A stretch of 64,000 bases of DNA from positions 1 through 64,000 of the IMG/VR virus record IMGVR_UViG_3300033120_000925. One strand, written 5' to 3'. The translations under genes and the position numbers were made by a program. Origin of the DNA: a virus (lineage: Duplodnaviria > Caudoviricetes). Shown here in pieces: positions 1-9,247 of the stretch; position 1 is the stretch's first letter; each line of letters begins with the position of its first letter. The notes beneath the pieces were generated by a model. The model saw only the letters and a list, made by a program, of their open reading frames with translations. It was not told the origin of the DNA and did not search any database.

Positions 1-3
1 CCT

Positions 4-76
4 GAAAAGGGGCGTTCCGCTCACCAAGGCGAAGCCGGAGCCCGATGGAGTGCAGCCCGGAGGGATGTACTCCATC
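4..76. repeat. 73-bp GC-rich sequence identical to 63573-63645, ending in hairpin GATGGAGTGCA...TGTACTCCATC
   Basis: Direct comparison: GAAAAGGGGCGTTCC...GTACTCCATC occurs at 4-76 and 63573-63645; flanks differ. Confidence 0.95.
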
Positions 77-101
77 TACTTACTAATAGTAATTCAATAA
101 A

Positions 102-353
102 TTGAACCAAATGAAAAACTCAACAATATCAAGCAATGGGCAAAAATTGTTATCCTTTTTAGATGATAAAATGATGGATGGAAATTTCACAAATGAGGAC
201 TTAGTTCAATTTATTGAATCTGTGGGTAAGTATTTAGGACTTCAAACAATTCCAAACTATGCCAAAGAAAATAATCTTAGCTACAATGGGGTTAAAAAAT
301 TCCGTGAAGTACAAGAAATTTTAGGAGTAAGATTCGTTGTAGATAATTCTTAA
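102..353 (+). CDS. Small hypothetical protein, possible C-terminal HTH (TIPNYAKENNLSYNGVKK); start may be ATG at 111
   Basis: ORF track; HTH-like spacing by eye. Confidence 0.55.
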   Translation: MNQMKNSTISSNGQKLLSFLDDKMMDGNFTNEDLVQFIESVGKYLGLQTIPNYAKENNLSYNGVKKFREVQEILGVRFVVDNS

Positions 354-491
354 AAGTCAGGAGAATTATCCAGAACTTCTTTACGATTTATTTCGTCTTG
401 ATTTGTGAGGTAAATTAATGTAGTTTCTCTTTCAGAATGCCCAAAAATACCTTGTATTGCCTCTGTACTTATTCCTGTAGAGGCTTTTTTA

Positions 492-1019
492 TTATATATT
501 TAAAAGATAATTTCTAAAATATTTTGCATCACCATTATAAATGTTAATATTTTCATTTGCTTTTCTATAAATATTTCCGGCTTCAATATCAGTTTTAAAT
601 AATCCTAAATAAATTTTTTTGCCGTTAATTTTAATACCTGCTTCAAATTTATTATTTTCTTTTTTCTTTATACCTACAATATTATTTTTATTTATTCTAT
701 CTTTTCTGGTATTTATTCTTTGTGATGTAATTTGTAAATTATCTAATTTATTATTTAACTTATTATTATCAATATGATCTACAACTAATTTTAAGCCATT
801 TGCTTTATGGTTTAAAAAACAAAAAGCAATCAATACGTGGACTTCGTATGTTTTTGTTTTTCCATTGCTATAAAGCCCTATTTTATAGTAACCATTTGTT
901 TTAGAAATATAACCATTAGTTATTTTTTCTACGCCTTTCTTTGAAATAATTTTAATTCTACCTAAATCACTAAACGAATATTTACCATTATAGCCCATTA
1001 ATTCTATCCAATTTTCCAT
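492..1019 (-). CDS. NUMOD4-HNH-AP2 homing endonuclease-like protein
   Basis: N-terminal WIELMGYNGKYSFSDLGRI (NUMOD4), VVDHIDNNKLNNKLDNLQ (HNH), C-terminal AGIKINGKKIYLGLF (AP2-like). Confidence 0.85.
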   Translation of the reverse strand: MENWIELMGYNGKYSFSDLGRIKIISKKGVEKITNGYISKTNGYYKIGLYSNGKTKTYEVHVLIAFCFLNHKANGLKLVVDHIDNNKLNNKLDNLQITSQRINTRKDRINKNNIVGIKKKENNKFEAGIKINGKKIYLGLFKTDIEAGNIYRKANENINIYNGDAKYFRNYLLNI

Positions 1020-1053
1020 ATTTTTATTTTATTTTAAAATTTATTATTAATTA

Positions 1054-1085
1054 TTTGGTATATTAAAATTTATATATTACTTTTG
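1054..1085 (+). promoter_or_regulatory. Bacteroidota-type promoter TTTG-N20-TACTTTTG for the rightward operon
   Basis: TTTG at 1054-1057 and TAnnTTTG at 1078-1085 match the known Bacteroidetes -33/-7 consensus. Confidence 0.65.
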
Positions 1086-1138
1086 ATTTATTATTTAACA
1101 AATAGCCGAATAAGCTATGCCAAAAATACGTAATTTAT

Positions 1139-1348
1139 ATGAGATTCACAAAAGAATTTAAAGAAAAAATCAAAGGGGATAGAAAAAAGTTTGCACTATC
1201 CGAACTATTTGGAGTTTCACACTCGTCGTTTACGAGGTGGTTAAATTTAAAAAATAGTGATAAACTTACTACTATTGATAGGATAAAAATACTATCAGAA
1301 TTTACTGGTTTATCTCAAGAGGAGATATTCGAAGAGGACATCAACTAA
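1139..1348 (+). CDS. Cro-like/XRE helix-turn-helix regulator
   Basis: 69 aa, LSELFGVSHSSFTRWL HTH pattern; first gene of operon. Confidence 0.7.
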   Translation: MRFTKEFKEKIKGDRKKFALSELFGVSHSSFTRWLNLKNSDKLTTIDRIKILSEFTGLSQEEIFEEDIN

Positions 1349-1359
1349 AACTTTTTAAT

Positions 1360-1632
1360 ATGGAACTATCAACCCCTTTAAATTACAGAGCAAGAGTGCT
1401 TTACACTCTAATTGAGAAAGGAAGTACTTCTTTGAAAGATTTTCCGTTTTTGGCGGGCTTTCGAACCCGAATTAGCGAATTAAAGCGCAACTACAATGTG
1501 AAACTAATTCCAACCGTAGTCACAGATGTAGATAAATATGGAAGTCATTACTACTATAAACATCACTCTCTTCCTCCTGAAGAAGTAAATAATGCTATTC
1601 AAGTTTATAATCTAATCAATAAATCGAAATGA
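1360..1632 (+). CDS. Hypothetical protein, possible winged HTH
   Basis: ORF track; FRTRISELKRNY resembles phage wHTH proteins. Confidence 0.5.
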   Translation: MELSTPLNYRARVLYTLIEKGSTSLKDFPFLAGFRTRISELKRNYNVKLIPTVVTDVDKYGSHYYYKHHSLPPEEVNNAIQVYNLINKSK

Positions 1633-1853
1633 CACAGATAGAAAAACACGAAAAGGCGATTAGAGTTTTAGAAGCAATCGACACGGCTACCAATCGTATT
1701 TTTAGAAAAGAAGAAGATTTAAAAAAATACGGAGAAAATGATTTTTTAGGGTGGGGTAAATGGGAGAAAAATAAAATTGAATCCTTAAAAAAAGTAAAAG
1801 AACGCCTTAAAAACTACTACAATAACAACTACAACGTACCTACAAAACTTTAA
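1629..1853 (+). CDS. Hypothetical protein
   Basis: ORF track; ATGA overlap with upstream gene. Confidence 0.6.
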   Translation: MTQIEKHEKAIRVLEAIDTATNRIFRKEEDLKKYGENDFLGWGKWEKNKIESLKKVKERLKNYYNNNYNVPTKL

Positions 1854-1855
1854 TT

Positions 1856-2590
1856 ATGACAGAAGCAAAAACACAAGTAAATGAATTAGCCTTAATAGAG
1901 GCTTCGGAATTGAGTTTGGTAGATGACAATAATCTAAACGATAAACAACTCGCATTAATTCTTAAAAGAACTCCTGCTCAATATGTAAAAACAAGACCGG
2001 CTAAAGGAGGAGGGACTTGGGATTACGTTCCTGGAGGTTATATGAAAAAGATTCTTAATCTAATGTTTGGTTGGGATTGGGATTTTGAGATTATGGACGA
2101 AAAGATTATGCACGGAGAAGTTATCGTAAAAGGAAAATTGACTTGTCGAAGCAACGGAAAGGAGATTATTAAGATGCAATACGGAAATAAAGATATTGCC
2201 TATAAAGCAGAAAAAGTCTTTAACGAAGATGGAACCGCTAAAATGATTAAAAAATACGGGAAGGAAGTTCAGGAAACAAGACCAACAGAAAATCCTTTAT
2301 CTATTGGAAACGACCTTAAATCTGCCGCGACTGATGCTCTTAAAAAATGTGCTGCTGAAATTGGAATCGCCGCCGACATTTATAACAAGGACGACTTCAA
2401 GGAAGTGAAAGTTGCTCTAGATGAAGATGTTGAAGAAAAACATTTTGAAATGCAAGAATTATTTGAATTTAAACAAAACTACATTCCTGCTAATGATTTT
2501 AAAGACATAAAATATGTAATCGACAACAAGAAAATAAAATCCTATCCAGGAACAAAGACTTATTTAGAAAATATTATAATCCCAGAATAA
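1856..2590 (+). CDS. Rad52/Sak-like single-strand annealing protein
   Basis: RPAKGGGTWDYV...LNLMFGWDWDFEI and KSAATDALKKCAAEIGIA motifs typical of Rad52/22 family. Confidence 0.8.
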   Translation: MTEAKTQVNELALIEASELSLVDDNNLNDKQLALILKRTPAQYVKTRPAKGGGTWDYVPGGYMKKILNLMFGWDWDFEIMDEKIMHGEVIVKGKLTCRSNGKEIIKMQYGNKDIAYKAEKVFNEDGTAKMIKKYGKEVQETRPTENPLSIGNDLKSAATDALKKCAAEIGIAADIYNKDDFKEVKVALDEDVEEKHFEMQELFEFKQNYIPANDFKDIKYVIDNKKIKSYPGTKTYLENIIIPE

Positions 2591-2592
2591 AA

Positions 2593-3474
2593 ATGGATAT
2601 AGAAGAAGAAGTATTATTTAGGGCGTCGGGTTCCGGCGCTTTGATGACAAACAAACAAGGAACAGTTTTCACGGAAACTCAAAGAGCAAGAATCTCTGAA
2701 CTACTTCAAGAAAAACTTACCGGACTTAATGCAAACGGAAATAAAGTAAAATTCGAAGGAACCAAGAAACCCGAAGAATTAGCTGAACTAATAGCAAAGC
2801 GTGACGCACCGCCCGAACTATCAGACACTGCAAAAGCCTTCGTTAGAAAGATTTGGTTACAGATAAAAAAAGGAGTTTACATAGATATAAAATCAAAATA
2901 CCTTGACAAAGGACTTTATGCCGAAGAAGATGCAATTACTTTAATTTCTGAAGTCGATGGAGTTTTCTACGTAAAAAACGATGAGCGACGATCAAACGCA
3001 AACCACACAGGAGAATGTGATGTTTTTAAGGAGTTTCCAACAAAGAAAATTGTGATTGATACAAAATGTTCTTGGGACCCAGAAACTTTTATGAACGCAA
3101 AACCTGATATAAACTATGAATGTCAAGGAGATATTTATATGGAGTTATGGGATGCTGATGAGTTTCACTTAAAATACTGCCTTGTCGATGCTCCGCCACA
3201 TTTAGTCCAAAGAGAAAAAGACAACGCTAAATGGAAATACTATTCCGCAGATATGACCGATGCAGAATTAGACCTATTCGAGAAAGCAATGGAGCCAATT
3301 TACGACCAAATAGAAAGGAATATGGTGTATTCTAATAACCCAAACTTTACGAAGGAAGAAAGAGTCAAAACATTCGTCTTTTACCGTGACAGAGAAAAGA
3401 TGAAATTGATGGAGGAAAGAGTGAAAATGGCACGAGAATACTACAAAACTATCACGCTAAATGGAAAAAACTAA
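2593..3474 (+). CDS. Phage exonuclease, YqaJ/lambda-exo-like PD-(D/E)xK fold
   Basis: FRAS start, TGECD...IDTKCSWD, QGDIYMELW motifs; adjacent to SSAP. Confidence 0.75.
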   Translation: MDIEEEVLFRASGSGALMTNKQGTVFTETQRARISELLQEKLTGLNANGNKVKFEGTKKPEELAELIAKRDAPPELSDTAKAFVRKIWLQIKKGVYIDIKSKYLDKGLYAEEDAITLISEVDGVFYVKNDERRSNANHTGECDVFKEFPTKKIVIDTKCSWDPETFMNAKPDINYECQGDIYMELWDADEFHLKYCLVDAPPHLVQREKDNAKWKYYSADMTDAELDLFEKAMEPIYDQIERNMVYSNNPNFTKEERVKTFVFYRDREKMKLMEERVKMAREYYKTITLNGKN

Positions 3475-3479
3475 AATCT

Positions 3480-4229
3480 ATGAGCAAAGACCCAGCATTC
3501 CTGTTTTACCATCAAGATTTTTTCACTGGGGTTTCTGATATGACAAATGAGGAGATTGGCGCATACATAAAATGTATGTGCGTCCAAGCCTCAAAAGGAG
3601 GAATTACAGAAAAACATATGTTAATCATATGTAATTCATATGAAGTACACAATGTTGTCAAAAACAAGTTCACTTTCAACTCCGAAATACAATTATTCGA
3701 AAATACCCGATTAAAAAACGAATTAGAGAAGAGGAAGAAATACTCTGAAAGCCGTTCAAACAATAGGAAAAAGGTAAAAACTACGGCTTCGACGGATGAT
3801 AACATATGTAAAACATATGAAAAACATATGGAAAATGAAGATGAAATAGAAAATATAGATTCTAATAACAATAATTTTCTATTTAAAGATACACTATTAA
3901 AAAACGAAAAATGGAAAAAAGATATTTCGTCAAGTTTTAAAATTACGACGGCGGAAGTCGATTTGAAACTCGAATTGTTTTTTAACCATCTAAGCACCGA
4001 ACTAAAAGTCCATCCGTCGATGAATGAGTTCGCAAAGCATTTCAAATATTGGCTACCAGTAAACAAAGAGAAAAATGACAAATCAAATAGCAATACAAAA
4101 AGAGTGGGTTCCAATACAGGGTACCAGCCTGCCAAAGTTGATCGAGAAAGACTTATACGAGAACTTGCCACAGATGCTAAAAATGGAAATATCCCAGGAG
4201 ATTATAGCCAGAAGCGAACCGGAAGTTAA
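3480..4229 (+). CDS. Replication initiator-like protein (DUF1376/YdaU-type N-terminus)
   Basis: KDPAFLFYHQDFFTGVSDMTNEEIGAYI start; internal iteron-like repeats and low-complexity linker as in lambdoid O-type genes. Confidence 0.65.
   Translation: MSKDPAFLFYHQDFFTGVSDMTNEEIGAYIKCMCVQASKGGITEKHMLIICNSYEVHNVVKNKFTFNSEIQLFENTRLKNELEKRKKYSESRSNNRKKVKTTASTDDNICKTYEKHMENEDEIENIDSNNNNFLFKDTLLKNEKWKKDISSSFKITTAEVDLKLELFFNHLSTELKVHPSMNEFAKHFKYWLPVNKEKNDKSNSNTKRVGSNTGYQPAKVDRERLIRELATDAKNGNIPGDYSQKRTGS
3615..3830. repeat. Two triads of CATATG at 11-bp period (3615/3626/3637 and 3803/3814/3825), candidate replication-origin iterons
   Basis: Read directly from sequence; lies inside the initiator-like gene. 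Confidence 0.6.
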
Positions 4230-4923
4230 ATTAAATCTTGCCGATGACGTGATGCGGTTGCTGAATGTTCGGGAGCGAAACTCGGAAATGGCCAAAGATT
4301 GGTTGATATTCATCTCTACTTCAAATTTCAAGGTTACTGCGGGAGAAATCTACTTAGCATTCAAAATGGCATTAAGCAGGGAGATTTTCGACTCAAACGG
4401 AAAAGAGATTGATTTGTTCCCAGAATTAAGCAACAATACCACTGGAAAAGTGATTTCTGCCTACCTAAAACACAAGAACGAATCTTTGCAATACCAATTA
4501 TCAAAAGATAAATTAAAAGCTCTTAAAACGACTGTAAATGAGATTTCAGAAAACGAGAAATTGGAATTACGAGAAAATCTCCTGAAGATGATTTACGACG
4601 AGATAAAAGAAACAGGATTTAGTAACGACGCTTGGCATCTTTATTTTGACTTGGAGAGTTTAGGAAAAATTAATCCGTCGCCGGCAGAAAAATCACAACT
4701 CTACAAAGAACAATTACGAAAATACGAGTTGGATGAAAAAAGACGAATAAAGACGAAATTCAGCCTAAAAAACGCCACGCCACACATAAATCAACTTATG
4801 GAAAAAGTAACCGGAAAACAGCTCCTTGAAAGCGTATCGAACAAATGCCGAAGCATTGTCGCTTCAAATTACCTCAAACAATTCACAAATGAATACGAAA
4901 CTTTTAAATCACAAATAAAATGA
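4075..4923 (+). CDS. Hypothetical replication-associated protein (helicase-loader position); true start probably ~4171-4180
   Basis: ORF track; overlaps initiator gene; function inferred from position only. Confidence 0.55.
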   Translation: MTNQIAIQKEWVPIQGTSLPKLIEKDLYENLPQMLKMEISQEIIARSEPEVKLNLADDVMRLLNVRERNSEMAKDWLIFISTSNFKVTAGEIYLAFKMALSREIFDSNGKEIDLFPELSNNTTGKVISAYLKHKNESLQYQLSKDKLKALKTTVNEISENEKLELRENLLKMIYDEIKETGFSNDAWHLYFDLESLGKINPSPAEKSQLYKEQLRKYELDEKRRIKTKFSLKNATPHINQLMEKVTGKQLLESVSNKCRSIVASNYLKQFTNEYETFKSQIK

Positions 4924-5645
4924 TACAATACAAATTAATAAAAGTTTATCCAGAACACACTTTAGGAGAAATACATTGTGCTGATAAATCTACCAAATGG
5001 TACGGAACTATTTTCTATGATGCCTATCCTGAATTTTGGAAAAGAGTAGAGGAAGTAGATTATGAAATTTTAACAGTAACTCCTTCTGAAAAAAACTTAA
5101 ACAACACTAATAAGGAAGCTGTAATTACTTTTAAAATGTGTAATAAAGATTTACAAATGTGGAATATTCACTCCGTAAAAAGACTAAGCGACGGAGAGGT
5201 TTTTACTATTGGGGATTTAATTGATTTTGGGGATTTTGGAAATAAAGGTTTTCGTCCAATAGGTAAAATTGAAGTAGATTATTTCGACAAAACTAGAGTC
5301 ACCGCTTGGGATGGTGCTTACGGAAAAGGTGCTATTAATAAATGGGGAAAAGCATCTAAAAAAACTCCATTATTCACTACCGAAGACGGCGTCGAAATTT
5401 TCGAAGGAGATAAGTTTTACTATCCAAACATACATATTTGGAAAACTATAATATCTGAAGCGGATAAACGTGTTCTGATTTTTATAAGGTTAAATAAGTA
5501 TAAACCTTTCTCCACCAAAGAAAAATCCGAAGAATACATACTTCTAAATAAACCTTGTTTGAGCGTGAATGAGATCATAGCTGTAATTCCCGGATTTAAT
5601 TTTCATAAAGAAATATTAATAGCAAAAGCCAAATCTAAACTATGA
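4920..5645 (+). CDS. Hypothetical protein
   Basis: ORF track, ATGA overlap. Confidence 0.65.
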   Translation: MIQYKLIKVYPEHTLGEIHCADKSTKWYGTIFYDAYPEFWKRVEEVDYEILTVTPSEKNLNNTNKEAVITFKMCNKDLQMWNIHSVKRLSDGEVFTIGDLIDFGDFGNKGFRPIGKIEVDYFDKTRVTAWDGAYGKGAINKWGKASKKTPLFTTEDGVEIFEGDKFYYPNIHIWKTIISEADKRVLIFIRLNKYKPFSTKEKSEEYILLNKPCLSVNEIIAVIPGFNFHKEILIAKAKSKL

Positions 5646-5830
5646 GTAAACCACTAAAAACCCCTGCTCTTATTTCGCCTAAAAAAGAACAAGAAATAAT
5701 AAAGTATTTTAAAACAGAGAACGACAATAGAACATCAGTAATCGCTAAATATTTCAAAGTAAGCAAGCACCAAGTAGCAAGGATAATTGATGTTTATTTT
5801 GACAAAATAAGAATGAAAATTTATGAATAA
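5642..5830 (+). CDS. Small HTH protein
   Basis: TSVIAKYFKVSKHQVARII HTH pattern. Confidence 0.6.
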   Translation: MSKPLKTPALISPKKEQEIIKYFKTENDNRTSVIAKYFKVSKHQVARIIDVYFDKIRMKIYE

Positions 5831-6197
5831 TATACACCAACGAAATTTTTTCGATAAACAAATTTCAAACTATGTAGCATTCCTGAAAATTGCCACTCGA
5901 AGCCAAGCAATAAAAATAAGTAAAGAGATAGTAAAACTCTCAAATAGAATTTCAGTTATCGAAGATATGGGATGGTTAGAACAAAAAAAAGAAGTCCCCA
6001 CATACTTCGAAACTAAGCAATCAAAACTAAATTTTAAAACCATTGAAACACCAACAGATATGAGCAACAAGAAACGAAACCCGCCTGAAAAATGCAAACC
6101 AATATTCGGAGAAGCCGCAGAATCACGAAGAAAAGCAATTGAATTAGCAAGCCAACACAAAGACATAAAACCTATTCGTTACATTTTAAAAAACTAA
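5823..6197 (+). CDS. Hypothetical protein
   Basis: ORF track, overlap with upstream gene. Confidence 0.55.
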   Translation: MNNIHQRNFFDKQISNYVAFLKIATRSQAIKISKEIVKLSNRISVIEDMGWLEQKKEVPTYFETKQSKLNFKTIETPTDMSNKKRNPPEKCKPIFGEAAESRRKAIELASQHKDIKPIRYILKN

Positions 6198-6324
6198 TTA
6201 TGACAAAAGAAGAATATAAAGAAGGCGAAAGAAACCTAATTCTTTTTGGATGGGTTTTAATATTGCAAAGTTTGTTTGCTTTTGGGTTTTGGATTTTTGT
6301 AATTAATCATTTAAAAAAGTAAAA

Positions 6325-6723
6325 ATGGGAAGAGAAATTAAGTTTAGAGTTTTTGATAAAATTTCAAAACAAATGTACAGATGGTCGCAAATAGCTTCTA
6401 TTTCATTAGTTGATTTTGATAAAGAACATTACGAATTAATGCAATTCACCGGATTAAAAGACAAAAACGGAGTTGATATTTATGAGGGAGATGTTGTTAG
6501 TTTAAGTATCGAGGGATTTAATTTAAAACCTCACTTAGTTCCTTTTTTAATCGTCTTTAATATTGACGGATTTCAAGGATGTAATTTACAAAAAAAGAAA
6601 ACAGATTTTTTAAACGGTACTTTTTTCCAACAACCTCGAAGGTTTAATTATAAGGAATGGAAAAAATTAGAAGTTATCGGGAATATCTACGAAAATCCAG
6701 AACTCCTAATCCCTAAGAAATGA
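6325..6723 (+). CDS. YopX family protein
   Basis: REIKFRVFD...LMQFTGLKDKNGVDIYEGD...EVIGNIYENPELL signature. Confidence 0.9.
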   Translation: MGREIKFRVFDKISKQMYRWSQIASISLVDFDKEHYELMQFTGLKDKNGVDIYEGDVVSLSIEGFNLKPHLVPFLIVFNIDGFQGCNLQKKKTDFLNGTFFQQPRRFNYKEWKKLEVIGNIYENPELLIPKK

Positions 6724-6852
6724 ATTACGACGAATGGAAATTAGAAACTCCCCCTGAAAGCGAAGAAGATGAGTGCGAGTTTTGCGGGGAGCCTTGTAAC
6801 GGAGAGTTTTGCTCAAATTCCTGCAAAAAAGCATATTTAAACGACTAAAACT

Positions 6853-7128
6853 ATGAAGCAACAAACAATAAAGATTACGCAACATTTCTTTAGGCATTTT
6901 GCATCAAGATTGTCAGAGAGATATAATGTTTTAATCACATTTGAAGAGTACGTAGAGCTATGCAAGTTGCCATTTATCCGAGGGCAAAGACTCAAGACGA
7001 ATGGCGAAAAATCCTTTCACAAAGGAAATGTGGAAATACAAGGAATAAGAGTAAATGTGTATCGAGGCGTTCACGGGATAAGACCTTTTTTAACGGCGCT
7101 TCCAATTAATAAAAAATCAAAATTATGA
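6853..7128 (+). CDS. Hypothetical protein
   Basis: ORF track. Confidence 0.55.
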   Translation: MKQQTIKITQHFFRHFASRLSERYNVLITFEEYVELCKLPFIRGQRLKTNGEKSFHKGNVEIQGIRVNVYRGVHGIRPFLTALPINKKSKL

Positions 7129-7568
7129 GATGTATTTCGTGTAGGGCAAAATTCACCCCAACAAAATTCCTCCAAAAGCACTGCGAAAACTGCAAGGAAG
7201 CCGAGAGGGAATACCAATCAGAAAAAATGGCAAAAACTCCTATCGCAAAGAAACCTATAAATAAAGTTTCTGATAAGCGTAAAGTAGAAAACCTAAAATA
7301 CGGTTCAGATAGACTCATATTCTTAGGTAAGAAGGAAAATAATTTTTGCTTTATTGACGGATGCAAAAGAGACGCCACAACAATAGAACATTCAGCAGGA
7401 AGAATAGGTTTCTACGACGATTGGGCGCGAGAGAATAACATCTCTCTTTATTTAGATAAAAGGTTTTGGAAGCCCTGCTGCAACTTCCATAATTTAGAAT
7501 TGGAGCGAAACTCGGAATTATCAAAAAAATATCAGTTGTCGAAAATCCACGGAGGGGAGAAATTATGA
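7125..7568 (+). CDS. Zinc-binding protein, possibly an HNH-like nuclease
   Basis: CxxC pairs, TIEH...CCNFHN pattern. Confidence 0.5.
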   Translation: MRCISCRAKFTPTKFLQKHCENCKEAEREYQSEKMAKTPIAKKPINKVSDKRKVENLKYGSDRLIFLGKKENNFCFIDGCKRDATTIEHSAGRIGFYDDWARENNISLYLDKRFWKPCCNFHNLELERNSELSKKYQLSKIHGGEKL

Positions 7569-7813
7569 AAAATGAAATTTGTGCCGTTTGCGGAATATTT
7601 GAACGTGAAAAATATTCAAATAAATGCTGTAGCTGTAATAGTTGTATAAGACATTTTCTTAAACAGAAGAAAGATAATTTTTCTTATCGTGATTGGGTTT
7701 TAGATGGAGTTAAAAAACAAAAACAAAACGAATTAATAAACGGACAAAAAATAGTTCACGTAAAAGAAAGTGTAAATGAAAACAAAACCTATGGCAAAGA
7801 AGAAACCAACTAA
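7565..7813 (+). CDS. Cys-rich hypothetical protein
   Basis: ORF track; CAVC and CCSCNSC. Confidence 0.5.
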   Translation: MKNEICAVCGIFEREKYSNKCCSCNSCIRHFLKQKKDNFSYRDWVLDGVKKQKQNELINGQKIVHVKESVNENKTYGKEETN

Positions 7814-8195
7814 ACGAATAATGGTAGAGAGAACACGAAATGCGAATACTCTAACCGAGAGTATGTTTTGGTCGAAAATACGTTCGGCATTAAGACAAGC
7901 GTTTCAATATTGGAAACCGATGCAACAGGCTCTTGATAATGCTTCAAGACCGTCAAAATCAGCAAATAAAGCATTGAAAAAAGAATATCTCTGCAAGGAA
8001 TGTACTTCTTGGTTTCCAAGAAAAGAAGTTCACATCGACCATATAGAAGAGTGCGGGAGTCTAAAGAGTTTTGACGATATTCAAGGATTCATCGAACGGC
8101 TCACAATCGAAGACGTAAATGGGTTTCAAGTTTTATGCAAGCCCTGTCACTACAAAAAATCAAAAGACACAAAACAACTAAACAAAACAAAATGA
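7776..8195 (+). CDS. HNH endonuclease
   Basis: CKEC...HIDHI...FQVLCKPCH motif. Confidence 0.8.
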   Translation: MKTKPMAKKKPTKRIMVERTRNANTLTESMFWSKIRSALRQAFQYWKPMQQALDNASRPSKSANKALKKEYLCKECTSWFPRKEVHIDHIEECGSLKSFDDIQGFIERLTIEDVNGFQVLCKPCHYKKSKDTKQLNKTK

Positions 8196-8428
8196 TAGCA
8201 CACACGCAATTAGATTTGTATGGCTTCAAAGAAGCAATACAAAACACCGAAACTTTCCGTAAAATAGGAAATACAGAATTTCAAAAATTGTATTTCAAAA
8301 CCAAAACTCTCGAAAGACTATTTCAAAATTACAAATGGGGAGTTCGAGAAGGAATTGAATATCTGAAATCAAAACCATCCTTACAAAGCCGTGATGTACG
8401 TATTATAGAAGAAATCTTAAATAAGTAA
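8192..8428 (+). CDS. Hypothetical protein (ORF track 8135; ATG at 8192 overlaps upstream stop)
   Basis: ORF track and ATGA coupling. Confidence 0.5.
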   Translation: MIAHTQLDLYGFKEAIQNTETFRKIGNTEFQKLYFKTKTLERLFQNYKWGVREGIEYLKSKPSLQSRDVRIIEEILNK

Positions 8429-8430
8429 TT

Positions 8431-8706
8431 ATGAGAGCATATAAAAACGAATTAGAAGTTATCGCAAGTGATATTTTAGAGCAAAACGCAGAAGCGATAG
8501 GGAACGAAAACAAACCAAATTATACTAATCGCGAGTTTATGAATTGCTTGATTATTTTTCAAACTGCCCTGATGGATAAAATGTACGATAACCAAGATTA
8601 CGATAAAATGAACTTGAAAGAAAGAAGCAATATGGCTACTCAATGCGGTTTGGATTTAAGAAAACTAATTCACACTTACACGGGATTAGACACTCATAAC
8701 TTTTAA
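8431..8706 (+). CDS. Hypothetical protein
   Basis: ORF track. Confidence 0.6.
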   Translation: MRAYKNELEVIASDILEQNAEAIGNENKPNYTNREFMNCLIIFQTALMDKMYDNQDYDKMNLKERSNMATQCGLDLRKLIHTYTGLDTHNF

Positions 8707-8719
8707 GATTTTTTATAAT

Positions 8720-8917
8720 ATGAGAAAATCAATTCCAAAAATTGAATACTCTCCGGAGCTAAAACAGCGTCAAGTAGATTTACGTAAATTCCTCCGTTCG
8801 GTTCCGGAAATAAAATGGAAAGAACTCCGCCCATTTGGGTTTGAAATAGATGTCGGAACAATTCCTGATTCCGCCGCCGAAGAATTCCTAAAAATAGCAA
8901 ATTCTGTTAAAGTTTAG
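8720..8917 (+). CDS. Hypothetical protein
   Basis: ORF track. Confidence 0.5.
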   Translation: MRKSIPKIEYSPELKQRQVDLRKFLRSVPEIKWKELRPFGFEIDVGTIPDSAAEEFLKIANSVKV

Positions 8918-9211
8918 CAAAATGCCATAAACCTAATTTATAACATAAAAAATAGGCTTTATGACAATTATCACTTTTTAATATGCTATAATACCTACAT
9001 TTACTTTAATTAATTAATTAACCTAACCCCTAAAAATAAAATATGTCAAAATTAAACATCGAACAGAAGAATTACATCAAAAGTCTTGACTCAAAAGAAG
9101 ATCGTAAAGAAGTCAAAAAAGCATTCAAGAAATGCAATAAAGAAAAAGAAATTATCGACTCCGTGAAAGTTTTGAGGGAATTCTTCAAAAGTATATCTCC
9201 AAAATAAAATT

Positions 9212-9247
9212 AAAAAGCCTCTACTTATTAGCAGAGGCTTTTCTTTT
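9212..9247. terminator. Bidirectional intrinsic terminator where early (+) and late (-) blocks converge
   Basis: AAAAGCCTCT-loop-AGAGGCTTTT with A/T tails. Confidence 0.85.

Noticed and set aside
4-76. 73-bp repeat as a direct terminal repeat or assembly overlap
   Set aside because: The second copy ends 355 bp before the window end and both flanks differ, so it is not a simple end overlap.
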